From Mobula hypostoma (taxonomy: Eukaryota), in the NCBI RefSeq assembly GCF_963921235.1, contig NC_086108.1, positions 28,398,001 to 28,462,000 on the forward strand: a stretch of 64,000 nt of DNA, in the 5' to 3' direction. Positions 12,249 through 23,649 of the stretch are shown here, one piece after another. Positions within the stretch are counted from its first letter, which is position 1. Each line of letters begins with the position of its first letter. The notes below the pieces were generated by a model. The model had not been told where the DNA came from. It worked only from the letters and a program-made list of their open reading frames with translations, and did no database searches. The translations under genes and the position numbers were made by a program.

Positions 12249-13177
12249 AAGGAAGAGTGAGTAAGGGATTTGAAAGTTGGAGGGGGAGGGGGAGATCCAA
12301 AATGATAGGAGAAGACAGGAGGGGGAGGGATGGAGCCAAGAGCTGGACAGGTGATTGGCAAAAGGGATACGAGAGGATCATGGGACAGGAGGTCCGGGAA
12401 GAAAGACAGGGGGGGGGAACCCAGAGGATGGGCAAGGGGTATATTCAGAGGCACAGAGGGAGAAAAAGGAGAGTGAGAGAAAGAATGTGTATATAAAAAT
12501 AAGTAACAGATGGGGTACGGGGGGAGGTGGGGCATCAGCAGAAGTTAGAGAAGTCGATGTTCATGCCATCAGGTTGGAGGCTACCTAGACGGAATATAAG
12601 GTGTTGTTCCTCCAACTTGAGTGTGGCTTCATCTTTACGGTAGAGGAGGCCGTGGATAGACATGTCAGAATGGGAATGGAATGTGGAATTAGAATGTGTG
12701 GCCACTGGGAGATCCTGCTTTCTCTGGCGGACAGAGCGTAGATGTTCAGCAAAGCGGTCTCCCAGTCTGTGTGGGGTCTCGCCAATATATAAAAGGCCAC
12801 ACCGGGAGCACCGGACGCAGTATATCAACCCAGTCGACTCACAGGTGAAGTGTTGCCTCACCTGGAAGGACTGTTTGGGGCCCTGAATGGTGGTAAGGGA
12901 GGAAGTGTAAGGGCATGTGTAGCACTTTTATACACACATTCTTTCTCTCACTCTCCTTTTTCTCCCTCTGTCCCCCTGAATATACCCCTTGCCCATCCTC
13001 TGGGTTCCCCCCCCCCTTGTCTTTCTTCCCAGACCTCCTGTCCCATGGTCCTCTCGTATCCCTTTTGCCTATCACCTGTCCAGCTCTTGGCTCCATCCCT
13101 CCCCCTCCTGTCTTCTCCTATCATTTTGGATCTCCCCCTCCCCCTCCAACTTTCAAATCCCTTACACACTCTTCCTT

Positions 13178-13219
13178 CAGTTAGTCCTGACGAAGGGTCT
13201 CAGCCTGAAACGTCGACTG
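13178..13219 (+). ncRNA. Minimal hammerhead ribozyme motif, intact core
   Basis: cagttagtc-CTGACGA-agggtctcagcct-GAAA-CGTC-gactg. Confidence 0.75.
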
Positions 13220-14059
13220 CACCTCTTCCTAGAGATGCTGCCTGGCCTGCTGCGTTCACCAGCAACTTTTATGTGTGTTGCTTGAATTTCCAGCATCTGC
13301 AGAATTCCTGTTGTTTGCGACAAAATTCAATAGATGTGTAGTGGAGAGTATATTGATTGGTTGCATCACAGTCTGGTATGGAAATATCAATGCTTTTGAA
13401 TGAAAAATCCTACAAAAGGTAGTGGATTCAGTCCGGTCTATCACAAGTAGAGCACTCCCAACCATTGACTACATCTACATAAAATACTGTTGTAGGAAAG
13501 TAGCAACAATCATCAGAGATCCCCACTACCCAGGTCATACTTTTTTCTTCCTGCTGCCATCAGGTAGAAGGTACAGGAGCCTTAGGACTCACACCAGACA
13601 GTTCAAGAACAGTTACTACCCCTCAACCATAGGCTCTTGAATAAAAGGGGATAACTACACTCCCTTGCCCCAACAGTGAAATGTTCCCACAACTAATGAT
13701 CTCACTTCTAAGGTTTTTTAATTTCATTATCTCATAATCTTGTTATTGCTATTTATTTATATTTGCATTTGCACAGCTGGCTGATCATTCATTGCTCTTG
13801 TTATAGTTAATATTCTATAAGTTTGCTGAGTAGGCCCACAGGAAGATGAATCTCAGGGTTGTATATGGTGACATATACATACAGTACATACTTCGATACA
13901 AATTTACTTTGAACTTTTGAACTTTTTAATTGGAGGGCACTTGATGTTAGTGGTTTCTGATCATGCTGTAGAGTCATAGAATCATAGTATTGAAACAGGT
14001 CCTTCCAACCAAGTCTACACAGACCATCGACCATCCATTAATACTAAATGTACACTAAA

Positions 14060-14260
14060 CTGACTTTATTTTAGGTTCTATCACTTAACTACACACTAGA
14101 GATAATTTACAGTGGCCAGTTAATCTGTCAATCTACCTGTTTTGGGATGTGGGAGGAATCTGTTCAGTTACAGGAAGAACATGCAAACTCCACATAGACA
14201 GTACTTGAGGTCAGGATTGAACCTAGCTCACCGACACCGTGGGTTAACTGGCCACAGCAC
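14060..14260 (-). mobile_element. Old V-SINE (HE1-like)
   Basis: ttgggatgtgggaggaa...atgcaaactccacatagaca...aggattgaacc is the reverse complement of a V-domain and B box. Confidence 0.6.
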
Positions 14261-14739
14261 TGAGCCATCCTCTGCTCCACTACCAGCAGCACTTTCTGTC
14301 GTCTCTGTCACATCAGCTGGCACCACCCTGTGTTGAAACCTCAGCTCTGTCTCTGCCCCACCCTCCATAAAATTCAACTCCCTTATCCAAGCTCATGCAA
14401 TGTTCTTTTCACTCCTCGGTGCTTAATGAGGCATTTTAGCTCCCAGCAGGCCAATGAAAGAATTTTTAAATTCCCCGCTTTAATTTCACATTCCTCAACA
14501 AACAAAACCCATCCTATCTATTAGCTGCTCTCCTGCACTACAACCATGTAAAATATTGCCCATCTCCATTCCTAGCTGTTGTGTATCCACAGATTTAATC
14601 AATTCCTCACTGAATGCTGGAATTTTCTGCCTAAACCTTTTTGCCTGTGCAGCCTTAGCATGCCCCCTGCTATCCTCTTATGCCAAACTATTAGTCAGCT
14701 GTTTATTATCTCATACGTGGAGCAGCATGTACCCCAACA

Positions 14740-14975
14740 GCCTATGCTTTCTCTGCGTGGAGTTTGCATGTTTTCCCTGCGACTGTGCGTGCTTTCCTCC
14801 ATATCCCAAAGATGAGCTGATTGGTAATTTAATTAGAATGGAGGTGAGTGACACGAGATCTGGGGAGAATCGATGGACTCATGAGAGAATAGCTTATGGA
14901 GAAATAAGCAAGGGATGGGACTGATGGGATTGCTCCGAACATTGGCAAAGACAGTGGACTAAATATCCTCCCTAC
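14740..14975 (+). mobile_element. Old V-SINE (HE1-like)
   Basis: tgcgtggagtttgcatgttttccctgcgactgtgcgtgctttcctccatatcccaaagatg. Confidence 0.6.
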
Positions 14976-15325
14976 CTTTCATGAGAATATATAATATATT
15001 TTTTAATTGTTCTTTCATGAGATGTACTTAATACAGACTCTTAGAGCTCATTCTTGAGAAGACAGTGATGAGAAACCTTTGCAAATTGTCACCATCCACT
15101 TGCTGAAAGAACTCCCTCCCACAATGGATTGGGGGGGGGGTCAGAGATTATATTGTCCAGTGAGAAAGAGGAAACTGCAATATATTGAGAGTTCTAATTA
15201 ATTGGTGATGTGGAGGGCACCTCAGAACTGAAAGTGTTCCCTTCTGACATCTGTCCCTGTTCTTATAGCTGATAGAGATTTGAGGTGCCTCTAAGAAGCT
15301 TTAGTGAATGATTTCACTGCATTTT

Positions 15326-16064
15326 TGTCACACCTCGCTCTCAGGAGTGGATAAGCGTGCGAACGAGGGTCACCAGTTGGTGAAAAAAGCAGATGGCAAG
15401 CCACAAAAGCACATTAGTGCAAAGGGTTTCATTTAGTGCTAGGTGGGGAAAAAAAGAGCAAAGGCTGCCCAAAAGTTGTGAAGTAAAAAATTATTTACAA
15501 ATAGACAAGTGAAAACAAACATGTACAAAAATTTGCAAATATACAGAGGCTTTTTCCACAACACATTTTGTCATTAACTTTCCAGTATAACTATTCACCA
15601 ACCATCAAATCCAACCTCCACACTCCTCAGCAAAGCCAAACTGAGAGTTTAAATCTGCCTGTGTAGGGTGTAGTGTGCCTGTTCCCACTAACCCAGACAT
15701 TATTTTAGGATGCCCCAAACTGTCCCTTGGGTCTTTGGGGCCATCCTGCTGTCTACAAACTGATATAATTGTGTGAGTGAAAATAAATGACACAGTTTGG
15801 AATGCCTGTGTTTAGAATCCTTATTTTTATGAGTTATAAACCAGTAGAGCACATTAACTGAAGGGATTGTTTTGATTAGCCAAACTAGCGATAGATTTAC
15901 TATTGGGGTGTGGAAATGGTGAACTACAAAAACTGCGGAATGGGAGGGCAAAGTGTGTGAACTACTGGGGAAACTAGACCAGGGACAGAATGAAAAGGAC
16001 TGACTAACTGGGCAAGGGGGCAAGGTTAGCGGGAGAATTAGCATTGCCAAACTGTTCTGTCACA
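15326..16064. mobile_element. Solo LTR (739 bp) inserted into an older LINE relic
   Basis: Begins TGTCACA and ends TGTCACA (TGT...ACA termini); 5-bp TSD atttt (15321-15325) / atctt (16065-16069). The flanks rejoin as ...actgcat(c)ttgtagatggcacatactg. Confidence 0.65.
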
Positions 16065-16292
16065 ATCTTGTAGATGGCACATACTGTAATAGTAGTGTAA
16101 GGAGTATAGATGACATGTCAACACTCAGGCAGGCTGCTTTGCCTTCAATTGCATAACATTTCTTGAATGTTGTTAACCAAGTTCTCATCAAGTTAAATTA
16201 AGTATTTCATCACAGCCCTGACTTCTATATTTTGGGAAGTGGAAGGCATTGGGGACTCATTTCAGTGATTTATTATAGCATACTAAGTGTCT

Positions 16293-16918
16293 CTCCCAAC
16301 TGCCAATTGTGCATTGGTAACCAAGAGATTGAACAAAAGACCAGCTTTTATTACCTTGGTAGCTTTATATCACAAGATACTAGAAGTAAAGTAGAAATAA
16401 AAAGAAGAATTGCCATTGCCGAAACCAACTTCCAAAAAATGAAACCCATTTTTACCAACAGACACATTTCTATGACAACAAGGCTTAAGCTACTAAAATG
16501 TTACATCTGGTCAATTTTGCTGTATGCTTCCGAAACATGGACTGTAACACCAGAACTCCAAAGAAACTTAGAAGCAACAGAAATGTGTTTCTTAAAAGAA
16601 TGCTGAAAATATCATATATAAAAAGGGTAACTAATGAGACAGTACTCCAACGTGCCTGTACAAAAAGATCTTTAATGAGAACATTAAATGAGAGGAAACT
16701 TAAATTCCTGGGCCATGTCATCAGAGATGCCTTACATTACAAGGCCATGTGGCTGGGAAATATGGAAGAGGAAGGCAAAGAAGAAAATAAATGGACACTG
16801 TGAAAGATCTAACGGATCTAAGTGTGCGAGATATCATTGAGGCTGCGAGGGATCGTTTGATGTGGAGAGCCGTGATCGCCCAAGCATACAACGCGCAGGG
16901 CACATGAAGAAGAAGAAG
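16293..16918 (+). mobile_element. 5'-truncated RTE-clade LINE
   Basis: FYYLGSFIS...EIKRRIAIA...LLYASETWT...LKFLGHVIR; (GAA)n tail; 11-bp TSD actaagtgtct at 16282-16292 and 16919-16929. Confidence 0.88.
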
Positions 16919-17869
16919 ACTAAGTGTCTGAGATACATTTGATAACTAGTCCAGTTAAGTCTTTGGTCCATGGTAGACCACAATAATGAAGTGGTGGAGA
17001 GAAGGTGAGATGGGGTAATGACAATGTATTGAATATCAATATAGCGATTTTGATATTTCTCTTTGTGGAAGATGATCATTGTTTGGAACTTGCGTCTTTC
17101 CAACTACCAGCCCAAGCCTAAATTATGTCCACGTCTTTCTGTGTTCAAGCAAGGATGCTTCATTACAGATGCGTTGTGAATAAAACTGATTACTGCATGC
17201 TCTTCTGCAATGTTTCATTTCTGGATTTTTACAGGATAGTTATCAATCAAGCAGGTGAGGATGGTCAATCCCAAGAGGAATTCCTCCAGTGATACTTTGG
17301 GGCTAAGATGACATGCCTCTAACTATATCTTACTTCTCTAAGGAGTGACTTCAGCTGATAAAGAGCTTCCCATATAATTCCATTTACCTTAATTTTACCA
17401 ACTTCTTGATACCACAAAGGAACGTTACCTTGATGTCAAGGGCATTCGCTAAAATTCAGCTTCTATGATCAAGGTTTGGCCAAGGCTGTAATGAGGTCAG
17501 GAGTGGAATCATTCCGATAAAACACAAACTACACATTACTGATTAAGATTTGGAGACTAAGTACTACTTGATGGCAATCCTCATCACTTTACTGATTGAT
17601 GTTAGGCTGATGGGGCATAAATTGGCAAATAGGATTTGTCCAGCTCTTTCAGACAGGACATTCCTGGACACATTCACATTGCCAGATTGAAAGCAGCATT
17701 GCAACTACATAGCCATGCCTGCTAGTATATTAGCTCTAAAGCAATATACAGTAGATGTATTCAAAACTCCACAATATATCAATATATTCTGCTATCAGGT
17801 GCATCTTATTTTTCTACTGTCTTACAAAATGCCAGGATACTAGAAGAGAAGCAGAAGGCATTTTTCGCA

Positions 17870-20800
17870 TAGCAGAACGATGGTTCTTCCAGCCTGAAAC
17901 GTAATCACTTTAAACATCTTCAGATTGCTCTAAGCAGAACGCAAACTGAAAGGTGGAAGAGACTGGCTGAGGAAATCCAGTGCTATGCTGACACTAAAAA
18001 CTTTAAGATGCTCTTCGGTGCCATCAAAGAAGTCTATATACCACAGAAGCCATCCACCACACCCCTTCTGTCAGCAGATGGTCCAGGCCTGCTCCGAGAG
18101 AAAAAGAGCATCAACAACAGGTAGAGAGAGCACTTCCAGCAACTTGTTCAACAGGCCCTCTACAGAGACCAGGCTGCACCTGATCAGATCCCCCAGGAAC
18201 CCACTGTCGAAAGCCTCGGCCACCCTCCTACAAGGGTTGAGGTCAAACAAACCATTGTTTGCTTAATTTCTGGAAAAGCCTCAGGGAAGAACAGAATCCC
18301 TGCCGAGATCTTCAACTCAATGGGTCCAGTTGCAATAATGGCCTTTCGTTCTGATGAGCATCTGGGAAGATGAAAATGTGCCCAATGAATTCAGAGGTGC
18401 TTTGAACGTGCTTCTTTTCAAGAACAAAAGCAGCAAAGCTGACAGTGGTAACTACTGCGGCATCTCACTGCAGTCTATCGAAGCGAAGATCCTAGTCTGT
18501 ATCATTCTCAACCACTTAACCGCCACAATGTCAGAGAAGAACCCGCCCAAGGCACAGTGTGGATTCTGCCCTGGAACAACCATCGATAGTTGTAGTCATA
18601 GTCATACTTTATTGATCCCGGGGGAAATTGGTTTTCGTTACAGTTGCACCATAAATAATTAAATAGTAATAAAACCATAAATAGTTAAATAGTAATATGT
18701 AAATTATGCCAGGAAATAAGTTCAGGACCAGCCTATTGGCTCAGGGTGTCTGACCCTCCAAGGGAGGAGTTGTAAAGTTTGATGGCCACAGGCAGGAATG
18801 ACTTCCTGTGACGCTCTGTGTTGCATCTCGGTGGAATGAGTCTCTGGCTGAATGTACTCCTGTGCCCAACCAGTACATTATGTAGTGGATGGGAGACATT
18901 GTCCAAGGTGGCATGCAACTTGGACAGCATCCTCTTTTCAGATACCACCGTCAGAGAGTCCAGTTCCATCCCCACAACATCACTGGCCTTACAAATGAGT
19001 TTATTGATTCTGTTGGTGTCTGCTACCCTCAGCCTGCTGCCCCAGCACACAACAGCAAACATGATCGCACTGGCCACCACAGACTCGTAGAACATCCTCA
19101 GCATCGTCCGGCAGATGTTAAAGGACCTCAGTCTCCTCAGGAAATAGAGACGACTCTGACCCTTCTTGTAGACAGCCTCAGTGTTCTTTGACCAGTCCAG
19201 TTTATTGTCAATTCGTATCCCCAGGTAATTGTAATCCTCCACCATGTCTACACTGACCCCCCTGGATAGAAACAGGAGTCACCGGTACCTTAGCTCTCCT
19301 CAGTTCTACCACCAGCTCCTTAGTCTTTTTCACGCTAAGCTGCAGATAATTCTGCTCACACCATGTGACAAAGTTTCCTACCGTAGCCCTGTACTCAGCC
19401 TCATCTCCCTTGCTGATGCATCCAACTATGGCAGAGTCATCAGAAAACTTCTGAAGATGACAAGACACTGTGTAGTAGTTGAAGTCCGAGGTGTAAATGG
19501 TGAAGAGAAAGGGAGACAAGACAGTCCCCTGTGGAGCCCCAGTGCTGCTGATCACTCTGTCGGACACACAGTGTTGCAAGCACATGTACTGTGTCTGCCA
19601 GTCAGGTAATCAAGAATCCATGACACCAGGAAAACATCCACCTGCATCGCTGTCAGCTTCTCCCCCAGCAGAACAGGGCGGATGGTATTGAACGCACTGG
19701 GGAAGTCAAAAAACATGACCCTCACAGTGCTCACTGGCTTGTCCAGGTGGGCATAGACACGGTTCAGCAGGTAGACGATGGCATCCTCAACTCCTAGTCG
19801 TGGCTGGTAGGTGATATGATGTGCATTGCCCATCAGGTTCAAGAAAGGTGTACTGAGCAGAACCTGAATCTATACGTTGTCTTCACAGATTTAACCATGG
19901 TTAACAGAGAAGTGCTTTGGCCAATCTTGTCAAGGTTGGGATGCCCACGCAAGTTCATCATTCTTACTCGTCTTTTCCATGATGCTATGACTGCCCTTGT
20001 TCTCTTAAATGGGAAGCCTCAAAAGCAATCAATATTCTAAATGGCATGAAGCAAGGGTGTGTGCTGTTCAACCTCTTTTTTCACATATGTGCTCAATGAC
20101 GTGGTCAGGGTCGTTTGATATGGGGTGTATTACAGTGCAGACTTGGTGGATCATTGTTTGATCTGCATTGCCTAAAATCCAAAAAAGGTTACAAGAGTCA
20201 TCCTTGAAGCACTCCAATGGTCCACATGGTGTCTGATCTGCAAATGGTTATTGTCATGTTCACAGAAGTCTCACCTCTATCTGGCCTCACCATCAGTCAG
20301 GACTAACCAGATTTCAGCCTGCTCCTGAACCCACTGCTATGCTGTCTTCCATCACCATCAAAGGCACAACACTGAGAGGTAGTAAAGCTATTTAAATACC
20401 TTGCCAGTGTCATCTTCAGTGCTGGCTACTTGCAGAAAGAACTCAACACCAGGATTTGCAAGGCTAGTCAGGGCCTGGGTCACCTGCGATCACATGTGCT
20501 AAGTCAGTACAATATCCAGGTGGCCACTAAAATCAACTTGTACAAGTTGTTGTCCTGAGTAGCTTCCTGTGTGGTTGTGAAACATGGAACGTATGTAAAA
20601 GGCAACTCAAGCTGCTGGAGTGTTTCCGCATGCACAGCCTGAGATCTATTATGGGTGTCTGCTGGCATGACTGTATCACAAACCTGGAAGTCCTCAATAG
20701 GGCAAAGACTACCAGAATTGAAGAGGTGATCATGAAAACTCATCTTTGTTGGACTGGACTTGTTCTATGCAGGAGTACGCAAGACTTCCTAAACAGTTAC

Positions 20801-21165
20801 TCTATGGTCAGCTATCACAGGGAAGCAGAGATTATGGTAGACCCTGTAAGAGGTAAAAAGACTATGTGAAAGCCAGTATTGGTTATAGTGGGTTTGCTCC
20901 CTGGCATTTGGAACATAGGACACAAGAAGGAACTGGTTGGTGTGCCTTGGTTAAACTTGCTCACAGCAACTTAGAAGATAGGCGTCACACGAACCTGGAG
21001 ACCTCCCGACAGAAGAGGAAAGCAGCAGCAATAGCTGTGCCTACAGAATCAGGGCAATTCCCTTCTCATGTTCAAGAACTGGCCTCGACTGTCACCTCCG
21101 AATGCACATCAGATGAGCTGCACAAACACAATCATCATCATTGAAATCGGCAGATCACCAACATA
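17870..21165 (+). mobile_element. Decayed RTE-clade LINE, split by a Rex1 insertion at 18589-19812
   Basis: IWEDENVPNEFRGALNVLLFKNK..ADSGNYCGISL, QCGFCPGTTID continuing after the insert as MMCIAHQVQERCTEQNLNLYVVFTDLT, GMKQGCVL, FKYL, LCGCETW and SLRSIMGVCWHDCITNLEVL. Confidence 0.85.
18589..19812 (-). mobile_element. Relatively young 5'-truncated Rex1-type LINE
   Basis: VRVMFFDFPSAFNTI, GAPQGTVLSPFLFTIYT, QKFSDD and YLGIRIDNKLDWSKNTEAVYKKGQSRLYFLRRLRSF; (tagtca)n tail at the left end; short gata duplication at 18585-18588 / 19813-19816. Confidence 0.9.
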
Positions 21166-21189
21166 CTTAGCTACTAAAAGAGGGTAGAG

Positions 21190-21315
21190 AAGGAATTTAA
21201 ATACCTCACCAGTGTCATTTCCAGTGATGGCTCTTTGGATAAAGAAATCATCGCCAGGATTTGCTAAGCTAGTCAGAGCCTGGGCTGCCTGCGATCACGT
21301 GTGCTAAGTCAGCTA
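21190..21315 (+). mobile_element. Second RTE fragment homologous to 20385-20510
   Basis: atttaaatacc...ccagtgtcat...ccaggatttgc...gctagtcag...cctgcgatcac.tgtgctaagtcag occurs in both places with scattered mismatches. Confidence 0.75.
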
Positions 21316-21415
21316 TGCGCTAGGTCCTCATGACACAACATCCCACATTATGTAATAAACGTACTGAAATATCTTTATTATGTAGCAGGCCAGGCAGCAT
21401 CTCTAGGAAGAAGTG

Positions 21416-21457
21416 CAGTCGACGTTTCAGGCCGAGACCCTTCGTCAGGACTAACTG
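21416..21457 (-). ncRNA. Minimal hammerhead ribozyme motif, intact core
   Basis: Minus strand: cagttagtc-CTGACGA-agggtctcggcct-GAAA-CGTC-gactg. Confidence 0.75.
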
Positions 21458-21811
21458 AAGGAAGAGTGAGTAAGGAAGGCTCCAACCTGATGGCATGAAC
21501 ATCGACTTCTCTAACTTCCGCTAATGCCCCACCTCCCCCTCGTACCCCATCTGTTACTTATTTTTATACACACATTCTTTCTCTCACCCTCCTTTTTCTC
21601 CCTCTGTCCCTCTGAATATACCTCTTGCCCATCCTCTGGGTCCCCCCCCCTTGTCTTTCTTCCCAGACCTCCTGTCCCATGATCCTCTCGTATCCCTTTT
21701 GCCTATCACCTGTCCAGCTCTTGGCTCCATCCGTCCCCCTCCTGTCTTCTCCTATCATTTTGGATCTCCCCCTCCCCCTCCAACTTTCAAATCCCTTACT
21801 CACTCTTCCTT

Positions 21812-21853
21812 CAGTTAGTCCTGACGAAGGGTCTCGGCCTGAAATGTCGACTG
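21812..21853 (+). ncRNA. Minimal hammerhead ribozyme motif (stem III C->T)
   Basis: cagttagtc-CTGACGA-agggtctcggcct-GAAA-TGTC-gactg. Confidence 0.65.
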
Positions 21854-21999
21854 TTCCTCTTCCTAGAGATGCTGCCTGGCCTGCTGCGTTCACCAGCAAC
21901 TTTGATGTGTGTTGCTTGAATTTCCAGCATCTGCAGAATTCCCGTTGTTTGCATCTTTATTATGTGTTGTGTTTGATGTTTAAATTGTTCATAAATATG

Positions 22000-22290
22000 G
22001 GGTGTTAGGAATTACTTTAATAATATGATACTGCACTTCATTCAACAACTCCAATGAACATGCAGGCACTCTGCCATGATATACTCAATATTCTCAGACA
22101 TCAGTGCATACTATGTTAGAGAATGTAATGCCCCTTTAACGCATTGATATACTGTAAACTGGAATGCAGGCTCATGGTAAATTAGTACGTTCTATCATGG
22201 AGCAATATATGTCCCTACAATTCATTAACGGTATCATGTAAAACTCATTGTCCCTATAGTACATGAATACATTATGCTATGGGGTGTAGT
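22000..22290. repeat. Further block of the degenerate ~43-bp tandem repeat
   Basis: gcattgatatactgtaaactggaatg, atgtccctacaattcatt and ctcattgtccctatagtacatgaatacatt match the motif seen at 9240-9600. Confidence 0.55.
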
Positions 22291-23332
22291 GTTAAGCAGA
22301 AGGGATCTTGCCTCTGACTAGGAACATGCTACATCCCTGAAAGTCCATAATCATTGGCCCACTTTGCTGTCACAACTCTCACTCATGGGTCGATGTAGTT
22401 GCTCATGCGTGACAACGGCCATGCCCTAGCAAACTGTGTTGGCTCGCAGTCTAAACTAGTTGAGGGTAGCCTGTTGATTTGTATCCAGATTGATGGAGAG
22501 ACAACCATTTCTGGAGGGCACAGTGACGATTGTGGCGAACGGGGCAGGTGTACTCCAAACAAGAAGATATGGCAGCAATGTCACTCAGGTCCTGGGTATG
22601 GGGACATCCGTTTCTAATGGCTATCCAACTCTACCCTCCCACATCTGCTAAACTTAACTTCATACCATTGGACGGAAATGTTGGAGGAAAGGAGTATAAG
22701 ATAAACTAATTGAAGCAATCTCATATAAAATGCCATTGCATGCAATTAAAAAGGAAAGGAACAGGTCATCCAACCACTAACAACTGTCTACAGTGTACAA
22801 AAACATCTTCCTGCCATCCTTCACCATGTACTTTGAGCCAATCTTCTACTCCTTTCTATTTCTTATACTTATCTGATTTTTCCCAAAGTATATCTTACAA
22901 TAGCAGATTCCAGATCCTCAATATTCACCAAGTATAGTAGTTTCTCCTCGATTTATTAATGGCCAACAATATTTATAGCCTCTGATTCTGGACTTGTGCC
23001 GCAAGTAGGAGTAATATCTCTACATAAAATTTCTTCATAATTTTAGGGACCTTTTACAAGTTGCCTCTCAATCATACCAGGAAAAAATGTCACAGCCCAT
23101 TGAGTCCTTCCAGTCTTTCCCCAGTTTTGGTATCAAGCTGTAAGATATTTATTCTACCCTTTTCCAATCATTGTATATTTTAAAAAATTTGTAATATAAG
23201 GGACAATGCACAGCATTATAGGTGGGGTCTAATCAAAGTTTTTTATTGGTTTTACATGACTATTTTTGAATTCTATTCATCTTGATATGAACTCTTCACT
23301 CTACTTGCATATTTGAGGCCTGGTTCAACTAT

Positions 23333-23649
23333 GTGTGGGCATGTGGCCAAGTGGTTAAGGTATTGGACGAGCGACCTGAAGGTCGTGAATTCGAGCCCCA
23401 TCCGAGGCAGCATGCGTTGTGTCCTTGAGCAAGGCACTTAATCACACATTGCTCTGCGACAACACTGGTGCCAAGCTGTATGGGTCCTAATGCCCTTCCC
23501 TTGGACAACATTGGTGTCGTGGAGAGGGGAGACCTGCAGTATGGGCAACTGCTGGTCTTCCATACAACCTTGCCCAGGCCTGCGCCCTGGAGAGTGAAGA
23601 CTTTCCAGGCGCAGATCCATGGTCTCGCAAGACTAACAGATGCCTTAAA
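23333..23649 (+). mobile_element. tRNA-headed CORE-type SINE with RTE-related body/tail
   Basis: A box tggccaagtgg (23344), B box gaattcgagcc (23387), CORE-like tgtgtccttgagcaaggcacttaa; TSD tggttcaactat (23321-23332) / tggttaaactat (23650-23661). Confidence 0.8.

Larger units (their letters stand above)
12148..13318. mobile_element. Penelope-like inverted (fold-back) insertion: minus arm 12148-~12926 (GIY-YIG and pLTR), plus arm ~12927-13318 (pLTR)
   Basis: ORF 12535-12861(-) GLIYCVRCSRCGLLYIGET. The arms are near-perfect reverse complements over ~350 bp. 14-bp TSD gacaaaattcaata at 12134-12147 and 13319-13332. Confidence 0.92.
11690..13925 (+). mobile_element. Rex1/Babar-type LINE fragment, split by a PLE fold-back insertion at 12148-13318
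   Basis: LSPLLYLLYTFDC, RFADD, LNVSQTKKLII, LNFLRNLWRFG and LLPSGRRYRSLRTHT; (actttga)-type tail at ~13905-13925. Confidence 0.85.
21384..21952. mobile_element. Penelope-like inverted insertion: short minus arm 21384-~21473 and plus arm ~21474-21952
   Basis: 13-bp TSD atctttattatgt at 21371-21383 and 21953-21965; same pLTR family as 12148-13318. Confidence 0.9.

Noticed and set aside
11109..13341. Cluster of Pro/Ser- or Gly/Arg-rich ORFs repeated at 11.1, 12.2, 12.9 and 21.6 kb as a gene family
   Set aside because: These are spurious frames through the purine/pyrimidine-skewed PLE pseudo-LTR.
2638..20040. RT ORFs as a novel retron, DGR or defence-type system
   Set aside because: The context is eukaryotic, and all RT pieces carry CR1, Rex1 or RTE motifs, tails and frameshifts typical of dead LINEs.
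23333..23410. tRNA gene
   Set aside because: The A/B boxes continue into a SINE body with a TSD, and a second dispersed copy exists; it is a SINE head.
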